Part shown: positions 19,621 to 29,760 of the stretch, piece after piece
How the letters are laid out: each line of letters starts with the position of its first letter
How positions within the stretch are numbered: position 1 is the stretch's first letter
Source of the DNA: Candidatus Spongiisociaceae bacterium
GTDB taxonomy: Bacteria > Actinomycetota > Acidimicrobiia > Spongiisociales > Spongiisociaceae
NCBI GenBank assembly: GCA_965262915.1
Contig: OZ253564.1
Span: 3,360,001-3,424,000, forward strand
Length of the DNA: 64,000 nt
Direction: 5' to 3'
Made by a program: the position numbers and the translations under genes
The notes under the pieces: generated by a model
Told to the model about the DNA's origin: nothing
Databases searched by the model: none
Seen by the model: the letters and a program-made list of their open reading frames with translations, nothing else

Positions 19621-19870
19621 TGCCCCCCGCCCTCGGGGGCTTCTCTCGAGACATTGCTGGAACCCACGACGTGCCTGGCCTTTCTCGGTAACGGGGCTCC
19701 GGTCCCGCTAAGAACCCGACACGGTCGAAGCCCCGCCTGGTGGTCTGTCTGGAAAACAACTTGCCGTGCTCTGCTTGCCAGCGACGGCCCCTCGCTGCCG
19801 GCGCGTACCACGCCGCCATTTCACGGCAAAGACCACTACTTTGCTGACGGCGGTAACCATACTCGCGGCC

Positions 19871-21049
19871 ATGACAGTCATCGGCATTGCGGTCGGCCCC
19901 CATCCCCGCCTCCCCACTACCGACCCCTTCACCATCGAGTCGTTGACGGTCGACGTCTACAGAGCCCCCGTCGCCCGACCGGTACGCACCGCGTTCGGGA
20001 CGATGACGGACCGGCCCGCCGTCGTCGTCACGGTGCTGGGCGGGGACGGAACCCGCGGCTACGGGGAGGTGTGGTGCAACTTCCCGGCGCCCGCCGCCGG
20101 ATACCGCGCTCGCCTGATCACGTCCGTCCTGGCGCCCGAGACCGTAGGACGGTCGTGGCCCGATCCAAGAACGGTGTTCGACCATCTGACGGCGCGAACC
20201 GGCACCCTGGCGCTCCAGGCCGGGGAACCGGGACCGTTCTCCCAGTCCATCGCCGGGATCGATATCGCGCTCTGGGACATGGTGGCCCGCCGGGCCGGGC
20301 AACCGCTCTGGCGCATGCTGGGAGGGCAGGGCGACGGACGCGTACCGGCTTACGCCAGCGGGATCGGGCCGGACCGCGCGCCGGCCCAGGCCCTCGAAGC
20401 GGAGGCGGCGGGTCACCGGGCCTTCAAACTCAAGGTCGGTTCCGACGAGGAGCGCGACCTGGCCAGCCTCGAGGCGTTACGCTGGGATCTCGACCCCGAC
20501 GCGATGATCGCCGTCGACGCGAACCAGGCATGGTCCCCCGAGGAGGCGGGTCGGAGAAGCCGAGCACTCGCTCCATACGGCCCGGCGTGGCTGGAGGAGC
20601 CGATCCGGGCCGACCGTGACGCCGGCGGCTGGGAGCGGCTCTCGGACATCTCCCCCATCCCTCTGGCGGCCGGCGAGAACATGTACGGGGAGGCAGCCTT
20701 CGACCGGGCGATCAGGCAGCGAGCGCTGGAGGTGATCCAGCCCGACGCCGCCAAGTGGGGCGGTATCTCAGGCTGCCTGCCCGTAGCCAGGCGGATCGTC
20801 GACTCCGGCAAGCGCTACTGCCCCCACTACCTGGGCGGAGGCATCGGACTGCTGGCGTCCGCCCACCTGCTGGCCGCCGCCGGGGGCGACGGGTTGCTCG
20901 AGGTCGACTGCAACCCCAACCCGCTGCGCGAGGGGTTGTCCCAGCCCTTCCCCCGCCTCGTCGACGGACACTTCATTCTGAGCGATGCTCCTGGACTGGG
21001 GGCAGCACCCGACGATGCGGTATCCCTGCTGAAGGTCGACTCGGCATAG
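19871..21049 (+). CDS. Mandelate racemase/muconate lactonizing enzyme family (enolase superfamily)
   Basis: GIDIALWD, FKLKVG (KxK), VDANQ, WLEEP, AAGEN and QPD motifs. Confidence 0.92.
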   Translation: MTVIGIAVGPHPRLPTTDPFTIESLTVDVYRAPVARPVRTAFGTMTDRPAVVVTVLGGDGTRGYGEVWCNFPAPAAGYRARLITSVLAPETVGRSWPDPRTVFDHLTARTGTLALQAGEPGPFSQSIAGIDIALWDMVARRAGQPLWRMLGGQGDGRVPAYASGIGPDRAPAQALEAEAAGHRAFKLKVGSDEERDLASLEALRWDLDPDAMIAVDANQAWSPEEAGRRSRALAPYGPAWLEEPIRADRDAGGWERLSDISPIPLAAGENMYGEAAFDRAIRQRALEVIQPDAAKWGGISGCLPVARRIVDSGKRYCPHYLGGGIGLLASAHLLAAAGGDGLLEVDCNPNPLREGLSQPFPRLVDGHFILSDAPGLGAAPDDAVSLLKVDSA

Positions 21050-21052
21050 TAG

Positions 21053-21150
21053 GAGGGTGCTGCAAAACGGTGGGTAGCAACGGCCCGTCTTCCTCTGAAC
21101 AGGCATTATGTCATCGGGCGACGGGCCGTGAAGGGTTTTGCCCCACCCTC
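21053..21150. mobile_element. MITE-like element, copy C
   Basis: GAGGGTGCTGCAAAAC ... GTTTTGCCCCACCCTC; interior nearly identical to copy E; flanks GTAG/CTAG. Confidence 0.85.
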
Positions 21151-21227
21151 CTAGGAACCATCTCCCCCACCTCGACGGATCGAGGGTCCGGCGCGCACCC
21201 ATGGCGGCGGCCGGATGAGGAAACGCG

Positions 21228-22454
21228 TCACCTTGTGGCGCTATCACCCCCGCCGGCAGGACGGAGTTGGGTCCAGATCGAAGCGTAGGTCTCCTCACGC
21301 CCCTTGTTCAGCGCGAAAAGCGGGCCACTGGGGAGATCGTGCTCGGACGACAGCCGGAGGGCGGCTTCGGCGAATTCTCTGCCTCCGGCACCGCCGGACT
21401 CGGCGCGAGCCCGGCGTACCAGGGCTTCGTACTGCTCGATCCGTCGGGCAGCGGCGGTCCGGTAGTCGTCGGTGACCGCGTCGTACCAGGGCCAGAACTC
21501 CTCGGGCAGATCGGCTCGCACGCTGCCGATAGGGTCCGGGCCCCGTTTCGCCAACGCCTCAACCGTTTCCGGGTTCATCCTGAGCCGGGCCGCCGCCGTC
21601 CTCACATCGAGTCCCCGGCTCAAGGCATCGGCGACGGCAGCCACCTCCCACACCCGGAGCGAGGTCAACCCGGTCACGATCCGGTGGGCAGCGATGTACT
21701 CGGGGAACTTGAACTTGAAGCGGAGGTGGGAACGGTCGGGGCCCATGTCGAAACGCACCACGTAGCCTTCTCTCCCCGACTCCCCGCCTCCGGCGACGTG
21801 GTCCGCCAACTCGGCGAAGGAGCCGAACTCGTGCATGTCCGCGACCGGACCGGGCCAGTCGAGACACCCCAGCGGCAGGTCGGCGCCGGTTCGGATGTCG
21901 ATGACCGCCAGCAGAACCAGATCGCGCGTGTCGCCGTAGTCGACCACCACCCGGTTGCCCGGGTAGATGATCTCGAACAGCGGCGTCACCCCGTGGCCGA
22001 AGCGGACGCTGCTGTATTTCTCGTGCCAGACCCTGGTGGCTTCCACCGCCTGTTCCGACGACAACGAGCCGCGGGTGGCCAGCCGAACCCCGCCGTCCGG
22101 ATGGTGGTACGCGATTCCCAGCGAGCCGTCGAGCTTCTCGGTGACCACCATGGGCGCCCGCTCCGGTACCGGCGGGGCGTCGGGCTCCCCGGCACCGAAG
22201 AACTTCGGGAACGGTCGGGCCACAACGCGGTCCTCGTCGTCCACGACCAACCCCCGGCACAGCAGCGTCGCCCGGTTCCACCCGCGCGAGTAGGTTGCCC
22301 GGGGTGTGTAGTTGAGGATGCGAAGATCGCCGTCGCTCCGAACCGACACCAAGCCCCCTGCTATCGCATCCGAGAGGAGCGAATCATCGATCAGACGGCC
22401 AAGGCCCGGCCGCCCTAGCGCCAGGGCGGGCTCTCTCCGTGTCACATCGACCAT
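21228..22454 (-). CDS. T4 Rnl1/RnlA-like ATP-dependent RNA ligase
   Basis: LNYT, CRGLV, RPFPKFF, motif I EKLDGSL, ATRGS, FEIIYPGNRVVV, motif IV EGYVV and motif V FKFKFPEY. Confidence 0.88.
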   Translation of the reverse strand: MVDVTRREPALALGRPGLGRLIDDSLLSDAIAGGLVSVRSDGDLRILNYTPRATYSRGWNRATLLCRGLVVDDEDRVVARPFPKFFGAGEPDAPPVPERAPMVVTEKLDGSLGIAYHHPDGGVRLATRGSLSSEQAVEATRVWHEKYSSVRFGHGVTPLFEIIYPGNRVVVDYGDTRDLVLLAVIDIRTGADLPLGCLDWPGPVADMHEFGSFAELADHVAGGGESGREGYVVRFDMGPDRSHLRFKFKFPEYIAAHRIVTGLTSLRVWEVAAVADALSRGLDVRTAAARLRMNPETVEALAKRGPDPIGSVRADLPEEFWPWYDAVTDDYRTAAARRIEQYEALVRRARAESGGAGGREFAEAALRLSSEHDLPSGPLFALNKGREETYASIWTQLRPAGGGDSATR

Positions 22455-22688
22455 CGCGCTGCACGACCTCCCGTTGCCCGATCGTCCGGGAGGCCCGGCA
22501 TCGGCCATGTTGACCACCTGCGATCCGACGGTACTCTCTGACGGGAACTATGGCCCGGCCCAGCCGGACCCATCCTCCCCGACTATCCCTGACAGCGGAT
22601 ACCCGTCCGGACCAATCGAGCCAGCGGAGACACAGACATCGACAAACCCCCCGACTCAGACCTCGCAGGGTCCCGCCGCGTCGGGCGG

Positions 22689-23894
22689 GTGGGCCTGACG
22701 ATCGTGCTTGCATCCGGGATGGCCCTGTCGATGGCTCCCGGTCCGATAATCGGGATCCTCTCCCGTTTCTTCATCGACGACCTCGGCCTGACCAGAACCG
22801 AGTTGGGAGTTGTCGCCACCGGTCACGCTTTCGTGATCATGGCTTCCAGCGTGCCCTTGGGCTATCTGGCCGACCGGGTCGGCGGTCGCCGCATGCTGGT
22901 ACTGATGCTCGGTTTCGTGTTTCTCGGCCTCGGAACCATGTCCTTGTCGTGGGGCTTGTGGTCGCTGCTGGTGTTCGCCGGCATCGCGGGTGTGCCGGCC
23001 GGCGGTGGCAACTCGGCTACCAACAACATCATCGTGGAGAACGCCAGGGCCGGATCGCGGGGATGGATCACAGGGATCAAGCAATCGGGTGTTCCGATCG
23101 GGATCTTCGCGGCGGGGGTGGGGCTGCCGGTCGCCGCCGAACGTCTCGGGTGGCGTCAGGCTCTGGCGATGGCCGGCCTGGTCGCTCTGGCGGGAATCGC
23201 CGTGACTTTGGCGGTGGTTCCGGCCGGATCGCAGAGCGACCCCGTGAGGGAGATGAGAGAACCCCAGAGCCGGATGCCTCGGGCGGTATGGTGGCTGTCC
23301 GCCTACGGGGTAACCATGGGCGTCGGGGTGTCGGTCTACTACGCCTTCCTGCCGCTCTACGCGCAGGAGGAAATCGGCACGACCGTGGGGGTGGCGGGTA
23401 CGGTGGTCGCAGTGTCGGGGGCCGCCGGGGCGGTGGCGAGGATGGTGTGGGGACGGATCGCGGAGCGGGCCGGGGACCCCGCGATCCCGCTCATGTGTAT
23501 GGGCGTCCTCGGCATGGGGGCGATTGCCCTGACCTGGGCGGCCTCCCCCACCGCGCCCCTCCTGGTGTGGGCCGGAGCGGTGCTGATGGGTGTGGGGGCC
23601 GGATCGTGGACGTCCGTGGGCATGCTGGCCGCCATCACCCTGGTGGGGCCCGCACGAACAGGGCGGGGCACGGCGTTCATCATGTTCGGATTCGGCTTGG
23701 GACTCACTGTGGGACCGGTCCTGTTCGGATGGGGGGTTGACTCGTCCGGCAGCTACGACCTCTCTCTCGGCGGTACGATTCTCAACTTCGTCGCCTCGGT
23801 GGTGCTCATGGTCGTGTGGAGAGCGGTCAGGAGTCGCCCGGACCCCTCCCGGACCGGAAGGACGACGATCCGCGGGGCGGACCTGCCACAATGA
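22689..23894 (+). CDS. MFS transporter
   Basis: About 12 TM helices, motif A GYLADRVGGRR and WGRIAER. Confidence 0.9.
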   Translation: MGLTIVLASGMALSMAPGPIIGILSRFFIDDLGLTRTELGVVATGHAFVIMASSVPLGYLADRVGGRRMLVLMLGFVFLGLGTMSLSWGLWSLLVFAGIAGVPAGGGNSATNNIIVENARAGSRGWITGIKQSGVPIGIFAAGVGLPVAAERLGWRQALAMAGLVALAGIAVTLAVVPAGSQSDPVREMREPQSRMPRAVWWLSAYGVTMGVGVSVYYAFLPLYAQEEIGTTVGVAGTVVAVSGAAGAVARMVWGRIAERAGDPAIPLMCMGVLGMGAIALTWAASPTAPLLVWAGAVLMGVGAGSWTSVGMLAAITLVGPARTGRGTAFIMFGFGLGLTVGPVLFGWGVDSSGSYDLSLGGTILNFVASVVLMVVWRAVRSRPDPSRTGRTTIRGADLPQ

Positions 23895-23928
23895 GCCCCC
23901 TGTAGCACGCTCCCGGTGGCCTGATCAG

Positions 23929-24186
23929 ATGGAGAGATCCGAGGAGACAACCCAACGAGTTCCCCTGACCGTCCCGCACATGGGCGTGGTCGAGGAGGTG
24001 ATCGTCGTCGAGTGGCTGGTCGATTCCGGTGGGCGGGTCTCCGCCGGCCAGGAGGTGGTGGTCGTCGAGACCGAGAAGGCGGAGGTCACCTTGGAGTCCC
24101 CCGCCGGGGGAACCATCGAGATCACCGTCGCCGCATCGGACTTTGAGATTCCCGTAGGCAGCACCCTGGCCTTCATCACTCCGTGA
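23929..24186 (+). CDS. Stand-alone lipoyl-domain protein
   Basis: VPHMG, EWLV and VETEKAEVTLESP (lipoylated Lys); 85 aa with no E2 catalytic domain. Confidence 0.85.
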   Translation: MERSEETTQRVPLTVPHMGVVEEVIVVEWLVDSGGRVSAGQEVVVVETEKAEVTLESPAGGTIEITVAASDFEIPVGSTLAFITP

Positions 24187-24935
24187 CCCCTCCCCCATTC
24201 CACCTCGACGGGAAGGTGGCCCTGGTAACCGGAGCGGCGAGCGGCCTCGGCAAGGCTATAGCCTTCGCGCTTGGTGCGGCCGGGGCAGAGGTGGTGTGCA
24301 CCGACATATCGGTTGAGTCCAACAGGCGGGTGGCCAACCGCATCGGGGGAACCGCCGTGGCCCTCGACGTGACCGACGCTGTCGCTGTCGATACCGCCGT
24401 AGCCGGCGCGGTGAACCGGGCCGGCCGCATCGACATCCTGGTCAACAGCGCGGGTATCGGGGGCCGGGGTCCAGCGGCCGAGTACCCCGACGGGCTGTTG
24501 GAGCGGGTCATCGATGTAAACCTGAAGGGCACGTTCTTCATGTGCAGATCGGTCGGCACGCGGATGATCGAGGCCGGCGGAGGTTCGATCGTCAACATTG
24601 CTTCGATCGGCGGGTTGGTGGCCTTTCCGGGAAGCGCGGGCTACCAGGCAAGCAAGGGTGGGGTCGTACAGTTGACCCGGACTCTGGCGGTTGAGTGGGC
24701 CGCCGCGGGTGTGAGGGTCAACGCGGTGGCCCCCGGGCACATAGCGACCGATCTGGTGCGGCGCCAGTGGGAGACGGAGCCCGAACTCAGGGAGTACTTC
24801 CTGTCCCGTACCCCGATGAACCGGCTGGGGACACCGGAAGACGTGGCGGGACCGGTGGTGTTTCTGGCCGGGGACGCCGCAGCCATGGTCACCGGGCAGA
24901 TCATCGCCATCGACGGCGGATACACCGCCCAATGA
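24183..24935 (+). CDS. SDR family oxidoreductase
   Basis: TGAASGLG, NSAG, YQASK and VNAVAPG. Confidence 0.92.
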   Translation: MTPPPFHLDGKVALVTGAASGLGKAIAFALGAAGAEVVCTDISVESNRRVANRIGGTAVALDVTDAVAVDTAVAGAVNRAGRIDILVNSAGIGGRGPAAEYPDGLLERVIDVNLKGTFFMCRSVGTRMIEAGGGSIVNIASIGGLVAFPGSAGYQASKGGVVQLTRTLAVEWAAAGVRVNAVAPGHIATDLVRRQWETEPELREYFLSRTPMNRLGTPEDVAGPVVFLAGDAAAMVTGQIIAIDGGYTAQ

Positions 24936-25912
24936 GCCTCCCGGAGAACATGACCCCCGCCATGGCCCTGGGGATCCTCCGAACGATGGTGCGCATCCGG
25001 GTGTTCGAGACGCGGATCGAGGAACTGTTCAAGATCGGGAAACTTCCCGGCTTCGTCCACACCTATCTCGGCCAGGAGGCGATCGCAGCCGGCGTCTGCG
25101 CGGTCCTGCGTCGCGACGACTACATCACCTCCACCCACCGGGGCCACGGGCACGCCATCGCCAAGGGTATCGACCTCGGCCCGATCATGGCGGAGCTCTA
25201 CGGAAAGGAAACCGGGACGTGCCGGGGCCGGGGAGGTTCGATGCACGTGGCCGACTTCTCGATCGGGATGCTGGGCGCCAACGGCATCGTCGGCGGTGGC
25301 CTCGGTATCGCGGCGGGGGCGGCCCTCTCGGCCCGCTACAGGGGGACCGACCAGGTGGCGGTGGCGTTCTTCGGGGACGGCGGCATCAACAAGGGCACGT
25401 TCCACGAGGCTCTCAACTTCGCGGCGGTGCATCGCCTCGCGGTGGTCTACGTGTGCGAGAACAACCAGTACGCACAGTTCACCTCCCGCCTGCTTACCAC
25501 TTCGGTGCAGGACCTGTCGGTGCGGGCGGCCGCCTACGGCATCCCCGGGCACACTCTGGACGGCAACGACGCCGCTGCCATCTACCAGGCCACCGCGGAG
25601 GCGGTCGAGCGGGCGCGGCAAGGAAGCGGGCCGACCCTCCTCAACCTGGAGACCTACCGCTTGGGCGGTCACTACGTGGGGGATGCCGAGGTCTACCGGG
25701 ATGCTTCGGAGGTGGAGCAGCGCCGCCGCTCCGCTCCCATCGCCCGCTGGGAGCGGAAACTGGCTGAGGAAAGGTTGATGACCGAGGAAATGCGCACCGA
25801 GGTATGGGACCGGGCGGGGGAAGCGGTGTCCGCCGCGGTCCGCTTCGCCGAGGAGAGCCCTCTGCCCGGAGGGGAGACGGCTCTCGACGCGGTGTTCACC
25901 GGACACCTCTGA
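24932..25912 (+). CDS. TPP-dependent dehydrogenase E1 alpha subunit (AcoA/PdhA-like)
   Basis: GQEA, STHRGHGH, GRGGSMH, TPP motif GDG..ENNQY and YRLGGH. Confidence 0.93.
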   Translation: MSLPENMTPAMALGILRTMVRIRVFETRIEELFKIGKLPGFVHTYLGQEAIAAGVCAVLRRDDYITSTHRGHGHAIAKGIDLGPIMAELYGKETGTCRGRGGSMHVADFSIGMLGANGIVGGGLGIAAGAALSARYRGTDQVAVAFFGDGGINKGTFHEALNFAAVHRLAVVYVCENNQYAQFTSRLLTTSVQDLSVRAAAYGIPGHTLDGNDAAAIYQATAEAVERARQGSGPTLLNLETYRLGGHYVGDAEVYRDASEVEQRRRSAPIARWERKLAEERLMTEEMRTEVWDRAGEAVSAAVRFAEESPLPGGETALDAVFTGHL

Positions 25913-26907
25913 TGGCCGGGCAGATGGCGGCCATGCGGAGGATGACCTTCGGACAGGCCACCGTCGACGCCATGCGGTTCGCGATGCGTGAGGACGAACG
26001 GGTCATAGTCCTCGGCGAGGACATCAGCTGGGGAGGCAACTTCGGGCAGTTCAGAGGCCTGGTCGACGAGTTCGGACCGGACCGGGTGATCGATATGCCC
26101 ATCTCGGAGGCGATCATCATGGCGGTCAGCCTGGGCGCCGCGGTGACCGGGCTCCGTCCCGTGGCATCGATGAGCTTCGTCGAGTTCACCCTCGGCGCCA
26201 TGGACGAGATCGTCAACCAGACTTCGAAGTTCCGTTACATGTTCGGAGGCCAGGTCTCCGTTCCCCTGGTGTTGCGGGCGTCGGACGGGATCCTCCGATC
26301 CTCGGCCGGACAGCACTCCTCCAGCCTGGAAGGCCTGTTCACCCACCTGCCCGGCCTCAAAGTCGTCGCACCTTCCAACCCGGCCGATGCCAAGGGCCTG
26401 CTTCGGGCCGCCATCGCCGACGACGACCCGGTCATCTACCTGGAGAACAAGCGGATCACCGCCAAGCGGGGACCGACCCCCGTGGGAGACCATGTGGTGC
26501 CGCTCGGCTCGGCCGCACTCCGCCGTCGAGGGTCCGACCTCACGATCGTCACCTACTCGGTGATGGCCCTCCATGCCGGGGCAGCCTGCGCCCGACTGGC
26601 CGAGGAGGGTATCGAGGCCGAACTGATCGACCTGCGGTCGCTGGTCCCGCTGGATCTCGAACCGGTGCTGGAGTCGGTGCGCAAGACCGGCCGGGTGGTG
26701 GTGGCGCATGAGGCCTGGGAGTTCGGAGGCTTCGGCGCCGAGCTGGCGGCCTCCATCACCGCAGAGGCCTTCGATGATCTGGTTGCGGCGCCGGTGCGGG
26801 TGGGAGCGGCTTCGGCACCCATTCCCTTCAGTCCCCCGCTCGAACGGGCGGTGGTACCCGGGCCGGAGGAAATCGTCGACGCGGCCCGGAAGCTGATGAC
26901 GGCCTGA
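25912..26907 (+). CDS. TPP-dependent dehydrogenase E1 beta subunit (AcoB/PdhB-like)
   Basis: LGEDI, DMPISE, GQHS, PGLKVV, DPVIYLE and IDLRSL. Confidence 0.93.
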   Translation: MAGQMAAMRRMTFGQATVDAMRFAMREDERVIVLGEDISWGGNFGQFRGLVDEFGPDRVIDMPISEAIIMAVSLGAAVTGLRPVASMSFVEFTLGAMDEIVNQTSKFRYMFGGQVSVPLVLRASDGILRSSAGQHSSSLEGLFTHLPGLKVVAPSNPADAKGLLRAAIADDDPVIYLENKRITAKRGPTPVGDHVVPLGSAALRRRGSDLTIVTYSVMALHAGAACARLAEEGIEAELIDLRSLVPLDLEPVLESVRKTGRVVVAHEAWEFGGFGAELAASITAEAFDDLVAAPVRVGAASAPIPFSPPLERAVVPGPEEIVDAARKLMTA

Positions 26908-27726
26908 TCACTCCTCAGGCGGGTCGCTCTCCAACCACTCGACGGAACGAGGCCCGTGCATGCGGTGGAAAGCGATGGCCAGGTCCGACGAGCCCGAGCC
27001 CGGTCCGCTGTGAGGCCGACCGGGGAGCCGGAAGGTGTAGGTACCGGGCCTGCACCGGTACGCCTCCTCCCCGTGTGTCCCGTCCTCGTGGGCCTCTCCG
27101 GGAAGGTCGAGACGCTCGGTGACCGTGAACTCTCCTTCGAGCACTAAGGACTCCTCCGCCGATTCGTGCACATGCCACGGCCCGTCCTCGTTGGACCAGT
27201 CCCGGGCGCCCGACAGCCAGATGTCTCCGCTCGGGCCGGTGGCCAAAGGACGGACGAAGCGGCCCGGGAGTTCGGGCACCGCAGCCCAGGGCGCACCGGT
27301 GGCGAGGCCCACCAGAGGCTGGGAGAGCATCCCCCCGGCGGATGTGTCGTAACGGATCGGGGCCGATGTCATCACCAACGCAAGGGTCGGGACCCGGGCC
27401 CGCACTCCGCTTATCACCTGCCCGGCCCGCACAGCCACGTAGTCGTACTGCCCGATCCGCTCCCCCGCCACCGCCAACTCCCCCCTGATCACGAACAGTT
27501 CCAGATCGGCGGTGAAGGCGCCGACGACACCGGATCCCCATCCGGCGTGCATCCGGGCCAGCCTGGTGGCCGGTCCCGAAAGGTCCTTCGACAGGATGCG
27601 CGCTTCGATCCGGCCCTCGCAGCCGGCAATGGTCATGGTCCGGCTCGGTAGGTCGCCCTCTGCTATTGCCCGCAGAGATTGGCGACGGCGGTCGATAAGG
27701 GCCGGATCGGTGATCGGGCGGCTCAC
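26908..27726 (-). CDS. Bicupin-like protein (DUF4437/ChrR-like)
   Basis: Cupin motifs WHVHESAEESLVLEG and PGTYTFRLPGRPH. Confidence 0.6.
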   Translation of the reverse strand: MSRPITDPALIDRRRQSLRAIAEGDLPSRTMTIAGCEGRIEARILSKDLSGPATRLARMHAGWGSGVVGAFTADLELFVIRGELAVAGERIGQYDYVAVRAGQVISGVRARVPTLALVMTSAPIRYDTSAGGMLSQPLVGLATGAPWAAVPELPGRFVRPLATGPSGDIWLSGARDWSNEDGPWHVHESAEESLVLEGEFTVTERLDLPGEAHEDGTHGEEAYRCRPGTYTFRLPGRPHSGPGSGSSDLAIAFHRMHGPRSVEWLESDPPEE

Positions 27727-28147
27727 CGGGCTCGACCCCCGCTACCCGCTCCCTGACCAGCGCCCATATGGTGCGTTCCTTCCCGTCGTGTTCCAGGACC
27801 CTGCCCGAAGTGTCCGGTCCGCAAAGGTAGCCGCCGATTCGCCTGTCCCGGTGGCCGGTCTACCACAACCGCCCTGGGCTGGTATCGGGCCACCACCACG
27901 ATTCCCGTCACGGCCTCCGAGCGGCCCGAGTGCCTCCCGTAATGGATGTCCAACCTCAGCGTCCGGACCCTCTGCCAGACCCGCCGGGGAAGATCCAGGC
28001 CCGCTCGCCGGTGAGAATGAGCGGCCGCAGGTCGAGAAGGCGGGGATTCCATGTCCGCAAGAGCCGCGCCCCGATGACTCAGAACGGGAACGGGTCCACG
28101 TGCGGCCTTTGATATCACGGGGTATCCTAAGACTCAAGGGGTAACCG

Positions 28148-28369
28148 TTGACCGACATCCTGATTCGCGACGTTCCCGACGATGTACTCGCAGCCATAGA
28201 AGCCAACGCGATGCGAGCCGGCCTCTCCCGGGCCGAGTACCTGCGGCGGACGCTCGAACGAGAACGCACGGGCACAGCCGGCGACATCACCGTGGAGTCT
28301 CTCCGCCGCTTCGGTGAAACATTCGCCGACCTCGCTGAACCTAGCGTGATGCGGTCGGCGTGGTCGTGA
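28148..28369 (+). CDS. vapB: VapB-type RHH antitoxin
   Basis: [33 protein letters not shown], overlapping a PIN-domain gene. Confidence 0.85.
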   Translation: MTDILIRDVPDDVLAAIEANAMRAGLSRAEYLRRTLERERTGTAGDITVESLRRFGETFADLAEPSVMRSAWS

Positions 28370-28782
28370 CCGCCTGGCTGATTGACAAATCGGCACTCGT
28401 CCGGCTCGGTTCGAGTCCCGAGGCGGCGGAGTGGGTGTTGAGAATACGGCGCGGGCTCGTCCGGATCTCGACGCTGACCCGGCTGGAGATCGGGTTTTCG
28501 GCCCGCTCAGCCCAAGACCTCCGACGGAGCTTCGCCGAGCCGCCCCTCAGCGCTATGCCGGTCGAGTATCTCACCCCCGCCGTCGAGGACCGCGCGGTTG
28601 CGGTGCAGCATGTTCTAGCGAGAGCAGGCCATCATCGGGCCCCTTCGATCCCGGACCTGCTGATCTCTGCGACCGCCGAACTCTCCTAGCTCACCGTCCT
28701 GCACGTCGACAAGGACTTCGAGCTCATCGCGGATATCACCGGCCAACCCGTCGAGCGCCTGAGGCTCCCGGGAGGGTGCTGA
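28366..28782 (+). pseudogene. vapC: VapC PIN-domain toxin interrupted by an in-frame TAG (28687-28689)
   Basis: [16 protein letters not shown] and IPDLLI, then TAG, then in-frame LTVLHVDKDFELIADITGQPVERL. Confidence 0.85.
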
Positions 28783-28880
28783 AAACCGAATCCTGCGGGG
28801 TTCGCCGGTTGGCGAACTACCTGGTCTGAGAGCGTCGGCTACCGTGCGAAGCCCTTTGTACGGGGTTTTTCAGCAGCCTC
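28772..28880. mobile_element. MITE-like element, copy D (same ends, different interior)
   Basis: GAGGGTGCTGAAAACC ... GGTTTTTCAGCAGCCTC with a perfect CCGG duplication on both sides. Confidence 0.75.
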
Positions 28881-29136
28881 CCGGAACACCGGTGAACCGG
28901 ACGTCGCGAGGAGGGCGCATTGCCGCTCGAGGCTGTCAACGTTGGCGAGGGAATCGCGCCGCGCGTCGACACCTACCTACGGCTATGGCACACTATTCCC
29001 CGTTCCACCGCCTATCCGCACCCTCTTATTGCGATGTTTTGCAGTTACATCTCGCCGTGGCGGTCGGTGCAGTGTTCGTGTGGCTCGGATTCGGGGATGC
29101 CGATCAGGTCCGGATCAGGACGGGGCCCCACACATG

Positions 29137-29646
29137 TCAACCGGAGTGATCGGCCCCCTTGCCGCTGCGGGAAACATGGGGGTAGGGATGATCGGATGCG
29201 GGCTCGCAATCCATGCAGGAACCGAGAAACGCGAAGTGATGGGGATTGGGTCGGAAGCCGTACTTGGTACGCAGCAGATCGTAGAGGGCGGAGAAGTCCG
29301 ATTTGGGTACTTCGATGGTCTTGCGGCAGGTCTCGCACACGAGGTGCTCATGATCGTGGTTGATCGTCAGGTGCCACATTCCGGCCTGACCGATACCGAG
29401 GTGAATGAGATGAACGAGCCCGATACGGGTCAGTTCGTCGAGGGTGCGGTACACGGTCGAGGCGTCGACGTGGCCGGCGGTCCTCGCCACACGATCCACG
29501 ATCATGGAGGCGCTCAGGAACGACTCCTCGCTCTCGGCCAGGACACGGCAGATCGCCCGCCTCGGAAGCGTGAGACGCAATCCGGCCCCGTGGATACGCT
29601 CCGTCAGGAACTCTTCGGAAATCATGTGCTTGGCCATCCCGCCCAA
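29137..29646 (-). CDS. Fur-family transcriptional regulator
   Basis: GLRLTLPRRAI, STVYRTL, HEHLVCETC and CMDC. Confidence 0.92.
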   Translation of the reverse strand: MGGMAKHMISEEFLTERIHGAGLRLTLPRRAICRVLAESEESFLSASMIVDRVARTAGHVDASTVYRTLDELTRIGLVHLIHLGIGQAGMWHLTINHDHEHLVCETCRKTIEVPKSDFSALYDLLRTKYGFRPNPHHFAFLGSCMDCEPASDHPYPHVSRSGKGADHSG

Positions 29647-29760
29647 TGCTACTTCTCGGGTGCCTTAGTCGCGCACGGGTAGACCTGGACGATGTACCGA
29701 TGGATGCCGGGGAGCACGTGCTCGATTGCATGTTCGACGATCATCGGCGAGCAATGGTTC

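Noticed and set aside
14942-28689. Amber recoding (pyrrolysine or alternative code) suggested by in-frame TAGs in the SDR and vapC
   Set aside because: TAG is the normal stop of many intact genes here (e.g. ends at 3153, 21049, 38650, 39731, 63924), no pyl genes are present, and single point mutations explain both cases.
29025-29050. Fur/Zur box (TTATTGCGATGTTTTGCAGTTA)
   Set aside because: Weak palindrome downstream of the fur gene with no clear target gene.
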